Origin: a virus
Taxonomy: Duplodnaviria > Caudoviricetes
IMG/VR virus record: IMGVR_UViG_3300049009_000076
Location: 1-37,844 of that record
Reading direction: 5' to 3' (one strand)
Length of the DNA: 37,844 nt
Shown here: positions 26,626-35,004 of the stretch, piece after piece
Layout: every line of letters begins with the position of its first letter
Position numbering within the stretch: position 1 is the stretch's first letter
Notes under the pieces: model-generated
The model's database searches: none
Seen by the model: the letters and a program-made list of their open reading frames with translations, nothing else
What the model was told of the DNA's origin: nothing
Position numbers and translations under genes: made by a program

Positions 26626-26811
26626 TTATGCTCCTTGTTCGACCACCTCTGGTGATCGGCTACGACGACGTTTGACTTCCAGTGGAGCCGCCTCAACAGG
26701 CGTGTCTAAAGTATATCGCACCCAGCCATTTTTTTCATCTTCTACAGCTTCAAGCTCCATAGTTGCAACCTTGGCACCATGAACCGGATGAGACATGTAA
26801 ATAACAGCCAT
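26626..26811 (-). CDS. hypothetical protein (61 aa)
   Basis: HPVHG.K...E...DE.NGW, basic tail; fits operon. Confidence 0.7.
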   Translation of the reverse strand: MAVIYMSHPVHGAKVATMELEAVEDEKNGWVRYTLDTPVEAAPLEVKRRRSRSPEVVEQGA

Positions 26812-26821
26812 AATTTCAGAA

Positions 26822-26838
26822 GGGGGTGATTAGCCCCC
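26822..26838 (-). terminator. hairpin / weak terminator after decoration genes
   Basis: GGGGG-7 nt-CCCCC with only a short T tail. Confidence 0.45.
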
Positions 26839-26845
26839 GTTTGTT

Positions 26846-27262
26846 TTAGCTTGCGCCGTGGATGATGGAAAAGTTGATGATGACAGCTTCAGAGTATGAA
26901 GTGGCAGCAGTCAAATTCCGCAATGTGATCAAAGCTGAACCAGCAGCCAGGTATGAAACATAGGTGGTGTAAGCACCAAGTGCGCTGCCAGTAGTATTAC
27001 TAGAAACGCACACAATGATTGTGTCATTGATAGAGATCATGCTGTTGGTCAAAACAAACGACACTGCGGTGGCTCCTGCCAATGCCGCGTTGTTCATTGT
27101 GATGCGGCCAGCACTGTTATTCAGTGTCACCCCTGTGGCTTTGCTGGTTAACTGCGTTACCGCACCTTGGGCTGCTGCGCTGTAGCCAATTTCTTGGCTA
27201 GCATAGCAAGTAGTGAATTCGGGGTCGCTATACGCAACACCTACTGCTTGAGTATTTGGCAT
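26846..27262 (-). CDS. minor capsid / decoration protein
   Basis: VTQ.TSK.T.VTLN...G.IT....LA....SF...N; downstream of coat. Confidence 0.65.
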   Translation of the reverse strand: MPNTQAVGVAYSDPEFTTCYASQEIGYSAAAQGAVTQLTSKATGVTLNNSAGRITMNNAALAGATAVSFVLTNSMISINDTIIVCVSSNTTGSALGAYTTYVSYLAAGSALITLRNLTAATSYSEAVIINFSIIHGAS

Positions 27263-27275
27263 GATTTTTTCCTTT

Positions 27276-27301
27276 AAAAATAGGGGCCGAAGCCCCTATT
27301 T
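27276..27301 (-). terminator. rho-independent terminator with UUCG loop
   Basis: - strand AAATAGGGGC-TTCG-GCCCCTATTTTT. Confidence 0.85.
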
Positions 27302-27305
27302 AGGT

Positions 27306-27728
27306 TTAAGCAATACGATACAAAGTGTATGCAGCGTCGCCTGTTTTGCGGAACATGAACTGCGCTGCGCCACCAACACCTGCCGCACTGCCAGTAATAG
27401 CAACAACCAAGTTGCCAACCGCAGTGATGCCAGTTCCAACAGCCATCGTGATGAGGCCGGTGGAAGTGCCGAGGTTAATAACAGTCAAATTGAACGTGCT
27501 GCCAATTTTTGCGTTAGTTATGACCGCATCAATTGCGGTTGCCGTTGGCAAAGTGTACGTAGCAGCGGTTGTGGTGGGGTTACCCACCAACAAGTTGCCC
27601 GTAATTTGTGCAGCGGTCAGGGTTGCGGTTGCGGTTGCGGTCTGTGGAGCCGCTGTTGCATACAAGTCGATTTCGTTCAGGTTGCCGTCACCGACTTGGT
27701 ATCCACCGCCAGAATTAGGTAATGCCAT
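27306..27728 (-). CDS. capsid decoration protein
   Basis: TLTAAQ...YTLPTA, Thr/Ala-rich; directly after coat and before terminator. Confidence 0.7.
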   Translation of the reverse strand: MALPNSGGGYQVGDGNLNEIDLYATAAPQTATATATLTAAQITGNLLVGNPTTTAATYTLPTATAIDAVITNAKIGSTFNLTVINLGTSTGLITMAVGTGITAVGNLVVAITGSAAGVGGAAQFMFRKTGDAAYTLYRIA

Positions 27729-27756
27729 GATAATTTTCCTTAAAAAGAGTTTCTAA

Positions 27757-28956
27757 TTAACCCCAGATGCGGCAAGCCATCTGTGGACGAATTGTGCTGA
27801 AGCCATACAGTACGTCAATACGGCAAGGCATACGGTCGTTGTTGATGTCGTACTGACGAACAACGCGCAAGCTAATACCGTTATGAACTGCGCGAGCAGC
27901 CATATCGACACCTTGGGGCAGCAACAAGTCGGCGGTCGCAAAAGTGATCGCATCTTTGTGGTAAACCAAGTTCTGGGGGTACTGAGTGCTGGCCGTACCG
28001 ACAAACACGACGGCTTTGCTGGTAGCAGGCAAAGTCAGCATGGTGGCCAGAGCATGTGTTGCTGAGTACATTGGCGCAACAGTCACAGTAGCAGTTGTGG
28101 TGGCTGTTGAAGAAGCCAAAGCAACAAACTGGAACAACGAACCAGTGGATTCACGGGTTTGTGGGTTTACAGAGTAAACATCAGCAATCGTAAACACATC
28201 ACCAACAGCGATAAGTTCACCAGAACCAACAGTCAATGTCAATGTAGAAGAACCTTCAGTTGTTACCGCAGCGCCGGTAGTGTTGCCGGTAGCAACGCGG
28301 GTGCCGGTGGTGTGTTGCTTGATTGACTGAGACATGTTGACCTCATCAAAGCCCAACACGCCAGTGCCCATCATGCCGTTCTTGAATTGCTTGCTGACAG
28401 TATCTGTCGGGTTAAACAAACCTTTCATGCCTTCAACCAAACCAGCGTTAGCGGCTGGGTTGACGGTAGCGTAACGTGGTGACATCACAGCAGCGTTTTC
28501 GTTCAATTTTTGTTGCGCTTGCAACAGAACCAAAGAAGTGCCTGGAGTGGTGCCTGGGGTGCCAACGGTGTTACCGATGGTTTTGTACGCATTGGCAACG
28601 TCAGCATCAATGCTAGAGGCCAGCTGGCTGATACGAGGCTTCAACACACGCTCTGCGAAGTCGTCCAATTGCATGGTCAATTCAGCAGATGTAAAGTTCA
28701 CGCCAATGTGCTTTTGTGAAGCAACAGTCAAGGTGGTGAACTGTTCGTTGTCGTCCTGAACTTGCAGGGCGGCACCGTCAGTTACCAGAGCGCGGTCGGG
28801 TAAACGGATACGCAATGTAGAACCGATCTTGGCACCTTCAACAGCAAAGCTGTCGTCGTACTGACGGTTTACGTTACGGGTGATCACCAGGTTGTTTTCG
28901 AGAATTTCGAGAGCTTTGCGGGTGATCATGTCAATCGTTAAGATACTATTAGCCAT
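27757..28956 (-). CDS. major capsid protein, P22 coat-like
   Basis: AL.ILENNL...VNR.YD..F...KIG.T..IR.P; RIDVLYG...RP. Confidence 0.93.
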   Translation of the reverse strand: MANSILTIDMITRKALEILENNLVITRNVNRQYDDSFAVEGAKIGSTLRIRLPDRALVTDGAALQVQDDNEQFTTLTVASQKHIGVNFTSAELTMQLDDFAERVLKPRISQLASSIDADVANAYKTIGNTVGTPGTTPGTSLVLLQAQQKLNENAAVMSPRYATVNPAANAGLVEGMKGLFNPTDTVSKQFKNGMMGTGVLGFDEVNMSQSIKQHTTGTRVATGNTTGAAVTTEGSSTLTLTVGSGELIAVGDVFTIADVYSVNPQTRESTGSLFQFVALASSTATTTATVTVAPMYSATHALATMLTLPATSKAVVFVGTASTQYPQNLVYHKDAITFATADLLLPQGVDMAARAVHNGISLRVVRQYDINNDRMPCRIDVLYGFSTIRPQMACRIWG

Positions 28957-28979
28957 GAAAAAAGTCCTTTAAAAATTAT

Positions 28980-29771
28980 TTAGCGGTTGGCTTGTGCTTC
29001 CCACTTTTTTCGTTGTCTTACTCTTTCAGCTTCAATCCACTGCGAATCCGTCATGGTCTTGGTAGACCGTGGATCAGTAGTGTCATAGGCTGGGCTCCCA
29101 GAGGAGCGAGCAGTGACAGGCGAAATCGGTGCTGGCGCAGACGTGGTTCGTTTCACGGGAGGATCACTGGCCATTTTGGCCTCAATTCTCCCAATTTCTT
29201 TAGCCTGCACGATAGGCGCAAGACGAGAGATTCGTTCCGCTTCCTTGGGGTTGGCACCGAGGTAGTAAGCTACTTCAGGGCCTATGTCCGAGGCTCGGAT
29301 CGACTCAGCCATCACGTCGGTAATTGGAAGTTTTGGGTTGTATGCAACTTGTTCAAAGTCATCATACTTAGCCCGCGCTTCTTCTTCCTGTTCGTGATAA
29401 GCATCAAGAATTGCAGATTGCTGCCGTGCTTGTTCTCGCTGGGCAAGCAGTTGTTCAGCTTTCTGGTAGGCCAATGCGTCTGCATAGGCTTCAGTGCTTT
29501 CAAACTGATCGACCGACGGGATCGTTGCTGGCGCTCTCAGCGTTTGCGTTTCCGCTTGGCGTTGAGTCTGCTCTCTTTCCCACTTACGTTGTTCTCTTGC
29601 AAGCCTTTTGCCAATTGCTGCATCAAGCTCTTCTTGGGTAAAAACCCGTGAAAGCTCTTTTGCTTCATCAGCGACTTCCGGCGCATTTACATTTGCTTCA
29701 GGAGTGGCCGTCACTTCTGCTGCGGGCGCGGAGTCTACTTCCGCTAAGGGTTGTTGGACTTCTTCAGTCAT
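28980..29771 (-). CDS. scaffolding protein
   Basis: acidic coiled coil, FTQEELD, GPEVAYYLG.NP.EA.RI, AP.PI.PV; precedes coat. Confidence 0.85.
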   Translation of the reverse strand: MTEEVQQPLAEVDSAPAAEVTATPEANVNAPEVADEAKELSRVFTQEELDAAIGKRLAREQRKWEREQTQRQAETQTLRAPATIPSVDQFESTEAYADALAYQKAEQLLAQREQARQQSAILDAYHEQEEEARAKYDDFEQVAYNPKLPITDVMAESIRASDIGPEVAYYLGANPKEAERISRLAPIVQAKEIGRIEAKMASDPPVKRTTSAPAPISPVTARSSGSPAYDTTDPRSTKTMTDSQWIEAERVRQRKKWEAQANR

Positions 29772-29775
29772 TTTT

Positions 29776-29813
29776 GAATCCTAAGATTCCCTGGTGATCC
29801 GCACCAGTACGGG
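29776..29813 (-). promoter_or_regulatory. structured 5' leader of scaffold gene
   Basis: hairpin CTGGTG/CACCAG followed by GAATC-ttag-GATTC overlapping the AGGA SD. Confidence 0.55.
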
Positions 29814-29822
29814 TTTTTGTCA

Positions 29823-30311
29823 TTATGCCGTCAATGCGGCAACTTTGGCTTGGAAATCTTTAACCCGAACGTCAAGGCTGGCTTGATCAGCCGTCAGTTT
29901 GGCGGCTAACTCATCCAAGCGAGTTTGATTTTCGCTTTGTCGGCGTTCGCGGGTAGCAAAAGTATTTTCGCGTGTGGTCAATGCAGCTTCCCGCTCGGCG
30001 CTAGAAGTTTCAAACGCCTTAACTTGGTTGGCCAGATCAAGCTCGCGGGCAGCAAGCTCGTCAGCCTTAATTTTGGAGCTATCGTTTTTGTCTTTGGCTG
30101 ATGCCACCATTTCTGCGGCTTGAGTTTTGGCAGTTGCCAATTCTGCGGCAGCTTTAGCACGGTCAACCACCGCGTCTTGGGCAGCGGATAACGCACCTTG
30201 GCGTATGGCCAATTCATCCCGCAAAGCGGCCATAGTGGCCAAATCTACAGGCAACTGTTTGGTGAAATATTCAACGTAATTCAAGGCGGGGGTATCGTTA
30301 GAAATGTTCAT
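29823..30311 (-). CDS. hypothetical coiled-coil protein
   Basis: 162 aa Ala/Glu/Lys heptads; GAGG SD. Confidence 0.75.
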   Translation of the reverse strand: MNISNDTPALNYVEYFTKQLPVDLATMAALRDELAIRQGALSAAQDAVVDRAKAAAELATAKTQAAEMVASAKDKNDSSKIKADELAARELDLANQVKAFETSSAEREAALTTRENTFATRERRQSENQTRLDELAAKLTADQASLDVRVKDFQAKVAALTA

Positions 30312-30321
30312 TTTGGCCTCG

Positions 30322-30627
30322 TTATGAATAGTAAGTAATGTTTAACTTTGCGCTAGCGGCTTGTTCAATAAATTGAATTTGCGACAGATCACCGTCGTAT
30401 TGCAAAGTAACACCAGCTGCCAAAGGCATACCAACAGAAGTTGTAGGTGCTACGCCATCATCACGCCAGCGCACAGCTTGGGTTTCGGGGGTAATGATTG
30501 CAATGCGGGGGGTGCCTGCCAAACCATTCAAATCTCTAGCTGGTACTGTTAATTTAGCCGCCGAACTAAGACTTGTGATCTGCTGGTACCCCATCGTAGA
30601 GGTAATTGCTTTGAGGTTAATAGCCAT
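30322..30627 (-). CDS. small virion protein
   Basis: GYQQI...VRWRDDG.APT..VG..L; AGGAG SD. Confidence 0.7.
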   Translation of the reverse strand: MAINLKAITSTMGYQQITSLSSAAKLTVPARDLNGLAGTPRIAIITPETQAVRWRDDGVAPTTSVGMPLAAGVTLQYDGDLSQIQFIEQAASAKLNITYYS

Positions 30628-31878
30628 TCAAAATCTCCTTCTTTCGGTAAATGACCGAAGTTTAACCAACAATTGATCTGTGTTAATTGTTATTGAGCTG
30701 TATGTGATAACGGCATTTTGACCTGTTACGCCATACGTTCCCGAATCACCCAGTAAAAATCTGCCTTTGGAAAGTGTAGCAGATTGTCCAGTTATGGTAT
30801 AGGAGCCGTTGTTTGCCGTTATGGTGTAACCGCCGCCAGGAGGTGCTGTAAATATCCATCCTGAGTTATTGCCACCATTTGTGGAGTTTGCCCCTGCATA
30901 CCATCCTGCCCCGCCAGTAGCTGTAGATTGACTAATTGACAAGAAATCTGCGCTTACAGTACCGCTTGACTTAGATAGCGTATGGCTTGCGGCAGTCACA
31001 GAGCCAATAGTTAGAAGTCTTGTGGATTCTCCACTTGCATTCCAATCAGTAAAAATATTTGTCGTTCCAGCAGTAAATAAAATAGATGCGGCACTAACAC
31101 TCTTGCGGGTATTGGTTATGTTGCTGAATGTGTTTGAACCTGTGATAGTTAAAGCACCAGCACCACCTTGGTTAATTGTGCAGTTGAACGTAGAGCCAGC
31201 ACCATTGAAAGTCTTGGCAGTTGTGGAAGTCAGGGTGATTGTGCCTGTACCTGTCCCTGCTGATGTTGTAAATCCTGTAGGCGCAGGGTTGACAAACGAA
31301 TTTGCACCACCAAGTGAGCAAACTAAAGTTCCCCCATTAAATGTAAGATTCTTTGTTCCTGTGGCGGTTGTAAATCTTAATGATGGAGTTAATGTTTTTC
31401 CATTTAAGTCTAATGTTCCATTAGTTAATGTTACTGCGCCACTTACTGTCACAGCAGTTTGTAATGCCCATGCACCACCAACACCATTAAAAGTAACAGG
31501 CCCACTAAAAGAAACGCCATTAGTAGTTACAGTTATACCTGTTGTTGTGGCGTTAAATGTGGTTGTGCCTGTATATGTTGCATTAAAATTTGTGGCTTGA
31601 AACGTAAGACTGCCTGATACTGTCAATCCAATGGCTGACCCAGCAAGCGTCATCGCTCCATCTAAACCTGACGCTGTAAAGTCATTACAGACCCTTGGCG
31701 TGTTTGCCATAGTGACTGTAAATGCAGTGGCTAATACATTTGAGTTTGCGTCAAAGAATACGTTATCTGCCGCAGTTGGTACAGAAGCACCTCCAGCACC
31801 ACCTGATGACGTAGACCAGTTAGCGGTGTTGGTGCTACTCCAAGAACCTGTTCCCAGAACCCAATAGCGATCAGCCAT
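30628..31878 (-). CDS. Thr/Gly-rich adhesin-like (beta-helix-like) protein, possible head appendage
   Basis: RYWV.GTG.W...NWS..SGG..GA.VPT..D.V.FD; GTLDLNG.TL; AT-richer DNA. Confidence 0.7.
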   Translation of the reverse strand: MADRYWVLGTGSWSSTNTANWSTSSGGAGGASVPTAADNVFFDANSNVLATAFTVTMANTPRVCNDFTASGLDGAMTLAGSAIGLTVSGSLTFQATNFNATYTGTTTFNATTTGITVTTNGVSFSGPVTFNGVGGAWALQTAVTVSGAVTLTNGTLDLNGKTLTPSLRFTTATGTKNLTFNGGTLVCSLGGANSFVNPAPTGFTTSAGTGTGTITLTSTTAKTFNGAGSTFNCTINQGGAGALTITGSNTFSNITNTRKSVSAASILFTAGTTNIFTDWNASGESTRLLTIGSVTAASHTLSKSSGTVSADFLSISQSTATGGAGWYAGANSTNGGNNSGWIFTAPPGGGYTITANNGSYTITGQSATLSKGRFLLGDSGTYGVTGQNAVITYSSITINTDQLLVKLRSFTERRRF

Positions 31879-32042
31879 TAGACCTCCTCAGTGGGAGGTG
31901 CAGTAATTACAGCAATCCAGTTATCAAACCTTTGTTGTTTCATGGCTTCAATCTCAGCATCTGTAAACGAATGATCGTCAGGCAAATGCAAAGCATCTGA
32001 AAATGTGCCGTACTGAGATGAAAAAGAGAAGTCAATCTTCAT
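31878..32042 (-). CDS. hypothetical protein (54 aa)
   Basis: read by hand: MKIDFSF...DALHLPDDH...RFDNW; ATGA and TAATG coupling. Confidence 0.7.
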   Translation of the reverse strand: MKIDFSFSSQYGTFSDALHLPDDHSFTDAEIEAMKQQRFDNWIAVITAPPTEEV

Positions 32043-32437
32043 GTCGCTTGGAACACACCGTTAGTACCGTCTAAAGTTACCGTAACTGTTTCGCTTGCCG
32101 CTACAGCTTGGCTTGATCCGTAGTCCCAATAAGCCACGTTTGTGCCTGTTGTTGAATCAGTCAAAATTGCGTACTGAAAACTAAAGCCAGCACCAGAAGC
32201 TGTCCAAAGCGTTGGGCTTGCCAATACCAACTTAAACGTACCGCCAGTTTGCGAGGCGCTAGTTGTACTAGCCGCATTACCGCCCGTTGTGTAGCCGTTA
32301 CCGTTTGCAACTTCGGTAATCGTCCCCGCAGCTTGGTTTACCGCTGTGGCTAACTTGATCACCCATGAGTCTGAACCAGAATTGATACCTTCAAACAAGT
32401 TCTCAATTGCTGGTTGAAATTTGTTGTACGTTGCCAT
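32039..32437 (-). CDS. putative virion appendage protein
   Basis: EV..GNGYT.GG...W.ASG....YA motif; Thr/Ser-rich. Confidence 0.65.
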   Translation of the reverse strand: MATYNKFQPAIENLFEGINSGSDSWVIKLATAVNQAAGTITEVANGNGYTTGGNAASTTSASQTGGTFKLVLASPTLWTASGAGFSFQYAILTDSTTGTNVAYWDYGSSQAVAASETVTVTLDGTNGVFQAT

Positions 32438-32446
32438 AGTAAATCC

Positions 32447-32809
32447 CTATGCCAAGTATTTGAGTTTGTAAATTGTGCGAAGATAAATTTCAACGATGTT
32501 ATCGATAAGCTGTTGCAATGACGAATCTGACTTGTCTGCAACCTTATACCGAACTTCTTCAATTTCAGCCAACGAGCTTTCTAAAAACTCAATGATGTTG
32601 GAAGTCTTCTTTGCCGAATGCAAAGTGATGGGGCCAATCAAACCATGACGGCCTTGGTAGGCTTCAGCAAAGTCATCTGCCGCTCCAACAATTCGATCAT
32701 AGAAAATATTAAGCGCGTCGTGTTTGCTGAAGCTGCGGGTGTTCAAGTGAACGCTATGCGCCACGTCCCGTGCTAGAAACAGCAAGCCTAAAAAATCAGC
32801 TGCTTTCAT
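32447..32809 (-). CDS. ferritin/Dps-like four-helix bundle protein
   Basis: H..H.....H.AL..FY.....D.FAE.YQG; IDNI......YKL. Confidence 0.7.
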   Translation of the reverse strand: MKAADFLGLLFLARDVAHSVHLNTRSFSKHDALNIFYDRIVGAADDFAEAYQGRHGLIGPITLHSAKKTSNIIEFLESSLAEIEEVRYKVADKSDSSLQQLIDNIVEIYLRTIYKLKYLA

Positions 32810-34986
32810 TGTGGCATTCCCATTTGTTGTTCAGGTGGCATCTCTTGCTCTGGAGGCATCATCTCTTGCTGGGGCATCTCAGGCATTTCATTAGCCATAT
32901 TTTGCGACTCCATTGCCGCAGCGACCACGCCCATCGCAATGTCTTGAATCTGTTGTTCGCTCATGCCCGCTTGCACCGCAGCAATTCGCTTGGTTTCGGC
33001 TTCGTACATCTTAACTTCAGCTTCAAAATCTTTGCGCTGCATCTCCTGCGCTTCGATAGACTTGCCGACGTTCTTAAGCATCTCATGCAATTGGTCAAGC
33101 TCTTGACCCATTGCTTGCATTTGCTGTTCTGCCGCTTGCAACTCTGGTGGCTTATCGCCGTCTTCCATGAGCTTAGGATCGATGGTCTTGGCAAACCGCT
33201 TGGCCATCTCTTGGGCACCAGGCCAGTCCATGTTCTTCACGAACAGGTCACCGGCCACAGACCACAGTTGCGGGTTACCTTGCAACAGTTGAGCCATTGC
33301 TTCCAACGCTTCTTGGCGTTTGGTCGCGTAGCCTGGGCCGGTCGCCACCACCACGTCGTACTTGCCGACGCTTGGGTTGTAGATTTTTTCAATTACCACG
33401 TCGCCTTGCATGATCTTGTTGACGGCTTCAGGCTGGTCAGGGTTTAACTTGACCATGTCGGTTTCACCGTCCACACCAATAATGCGGGCCACGCGCTGGG
33501 TGTCGTACACCTTGGGGATCAAGTCCACCAACTGGCGCACAATGTGGCGCACACCGCGAGCCAAGTTGTCGCCGTAGTGGTAAGTGCCCACATCGCCCTC
33601 GCGCTGGCGAGCCAAAATGGCTTTGCCGCTGCGCTCGTTGGATGTCATACCCAAAGATGCGTTGTATTGGCCAGTAGACGCTTTGATGTCTTCAGACGCG
33701 CCAGCTTTGGCTTGCAACAGACCACTGGACGCCATTGGCGGCTGGGCACGGGCAGGCAACGGCAACACCGCACCTTGGCCGTCGGTCACGTCTGGGTTGA
33801 CTTCCAAATACGGCCAGTTGGTCGTGTTGGCTGTCTTCCACTGAGTCTCATAACCTTCAAACTGGCCGCCGTAGCCAATGAACGGTGCCTTGGGTGCCAA
33901 CGCTAGCATTTCGGCTTCTTGGCTTACCCAGTAGTTGTACATGCGCTGGGCATCCTTGGCGTTACGCACAAGGCCAGACACGTACAAGCGGCCATCAACT
34001 TCAAATTCATTGCCAACGATGCGAACTACGGGGATGTATTTTCCCGCCCAATCGCGTTCTTCAAGAATTTCATAACCATTAATCTTGCAGTATTTAATTT
34101 TGACACGATCAGATTCACGAGATTTTTTAGGCTTGCCATAAATTGCTTTCAGTTGTTTGTCCTCTAGGGTGCCTTCAAATGCGGTCACGTTCCCAGGGTA
34201 CAGGTTAAGCGTTGCTTTGTCGTAATCTACATAGTAGTAATCAGCAACGCGGACAGTGTCTTCCATGAGCCACTGGCTCAAATTTTGGTCACCCACACCC
34301 AGCGTTTGCAAGGTGGTGATGGGCGCGGAGTCGGGGTACATCCGCTGGTATTCGTCTTTGGTGATGTCTTCAGTAATGAAGCACCAATTGGCGTCCGCGC
34401 CGGTCGGGTCTTGGATCGTTGGATCCATGTAGACGCTGAACGAGTTGCGAACACGGCCAATCTTGATGTCTTGGTCAAACGTGTTTTCGTCGCAGTATTC
34501 GGTCAGGATGCGGATGTAACCTTCGCCGTAGGAGACTTGGTTTTCACACGCGGTATCGTAGGCGACGTCAGCGTCGCTGATGTATTCGATGTGCCTGACC
34601 ATGCCGTTGAAGATTTCTGCGACTTCAATGTCTGCGTGGTCATCGGCTGGAATAACTTTGCCACTTGGGCGGTTCTGCCTTTGGTCATTAGTCACCTGTC
34701 TGACGTGCTGGGGCAGCTTATTGATCGTCAGGCACGGTCTGGCGTTGATTGTCTGACCCTGCACAGCGCCACGGGTGGCCAACACATCCGCTGGCCACTG
34801 CCAGCGATTGTCGGGTGAGCCAGCGTAGAACTTCAGATCATCAATCTCATCTTGACGAGACTCAGACAGCGCGCCAATGGCCATGTCCAAACGCGAGCGA
34901 GCAGTCGCCAAAACATTAGATTCTGAGCCTTTTTGTTTGCCGCCGTTGGCCACAGCACCGGCTGCGGCTATGCCTGTGTAGTCCAT
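32806..34986 (-). CDS. portal protein, P22-like
   Basis: DLKFY.G...QW, RP.LTINKL, G.VR.AKD.QR.YN, SG.AI.ARQ..G, Gln-rich tail. Confidence 0.95.
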   Translation of the reverse strand: MDYTGIAAAGAVANGGKQKGSESNVLATARSRLDMAIGALSESRQDEIDDLKFYAGSPDNRWQWPADVLATRGAVQGQTINARPCLTINKLPQHVRQVTNDQRQNRPSGKVIPADDHADIEVAEIFNGMVRHIEYISDADVAYDTACENQVSYGEGYIRILTEYCDENTFDQDIKIGRVRNSFSVYMDPTIQDPTGADANWCFITEDITKDEYQRMYPDSAPITTLQTLGVGDQNLSQWLMEDTVRVADYYYVDYDKATLNLYPGNVTAFEGTLEDKQLKAIYGKPKKSRESDRVKIKYCKINGYEILEERDWAGKYIPVVRIVGNEFEVDGRLYVSGLVRNAKDAQRMYNYWVSQEAEMLALAPKAPFIGYGGQFEGYETQWKTANTTNWPYLEVNPDVTDGQGAVLPLPARAQPPMASSGLLQAKAGASEDIKASTGQYNASLGMTSNERSGKAILARQREGDVGTYHYGDNLARGVRHIVRQLVDLIPKVYDTQRVARIIGVDGETDMVKLNPDQPEAVNKIMQGDVVIEKIYNPSVGKYDVVVATGPGYATKRQEALEAMAQLLQGNPQLWSVAGDLFVKNMDWPGAQEMAKRFAKTIDPKLMEDGDKPPELQAAEQQMQAMGQELDQLHEMLKNVGKSIEAQEMQRKDFEAEVKMYEAETKRIAAVQAGMSEQQIQDIAMGVVAAAMESQNMANEMPEMPQQEMMPPEQEMPPEQQMGMPQ

Positions 34987-35003
34987 TATTTCTTCTTCGC
35001 CAT
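34986..35003 (-). other. mini-ORF MAKKK bridging TerL and portal
   Basis: ATG GCG AAG AAG AAA TAA begins 1 nt after terL stop; its stop overlaps the portal ATG. Confidence 0.45.
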
Positions 35004-35004
35004 T

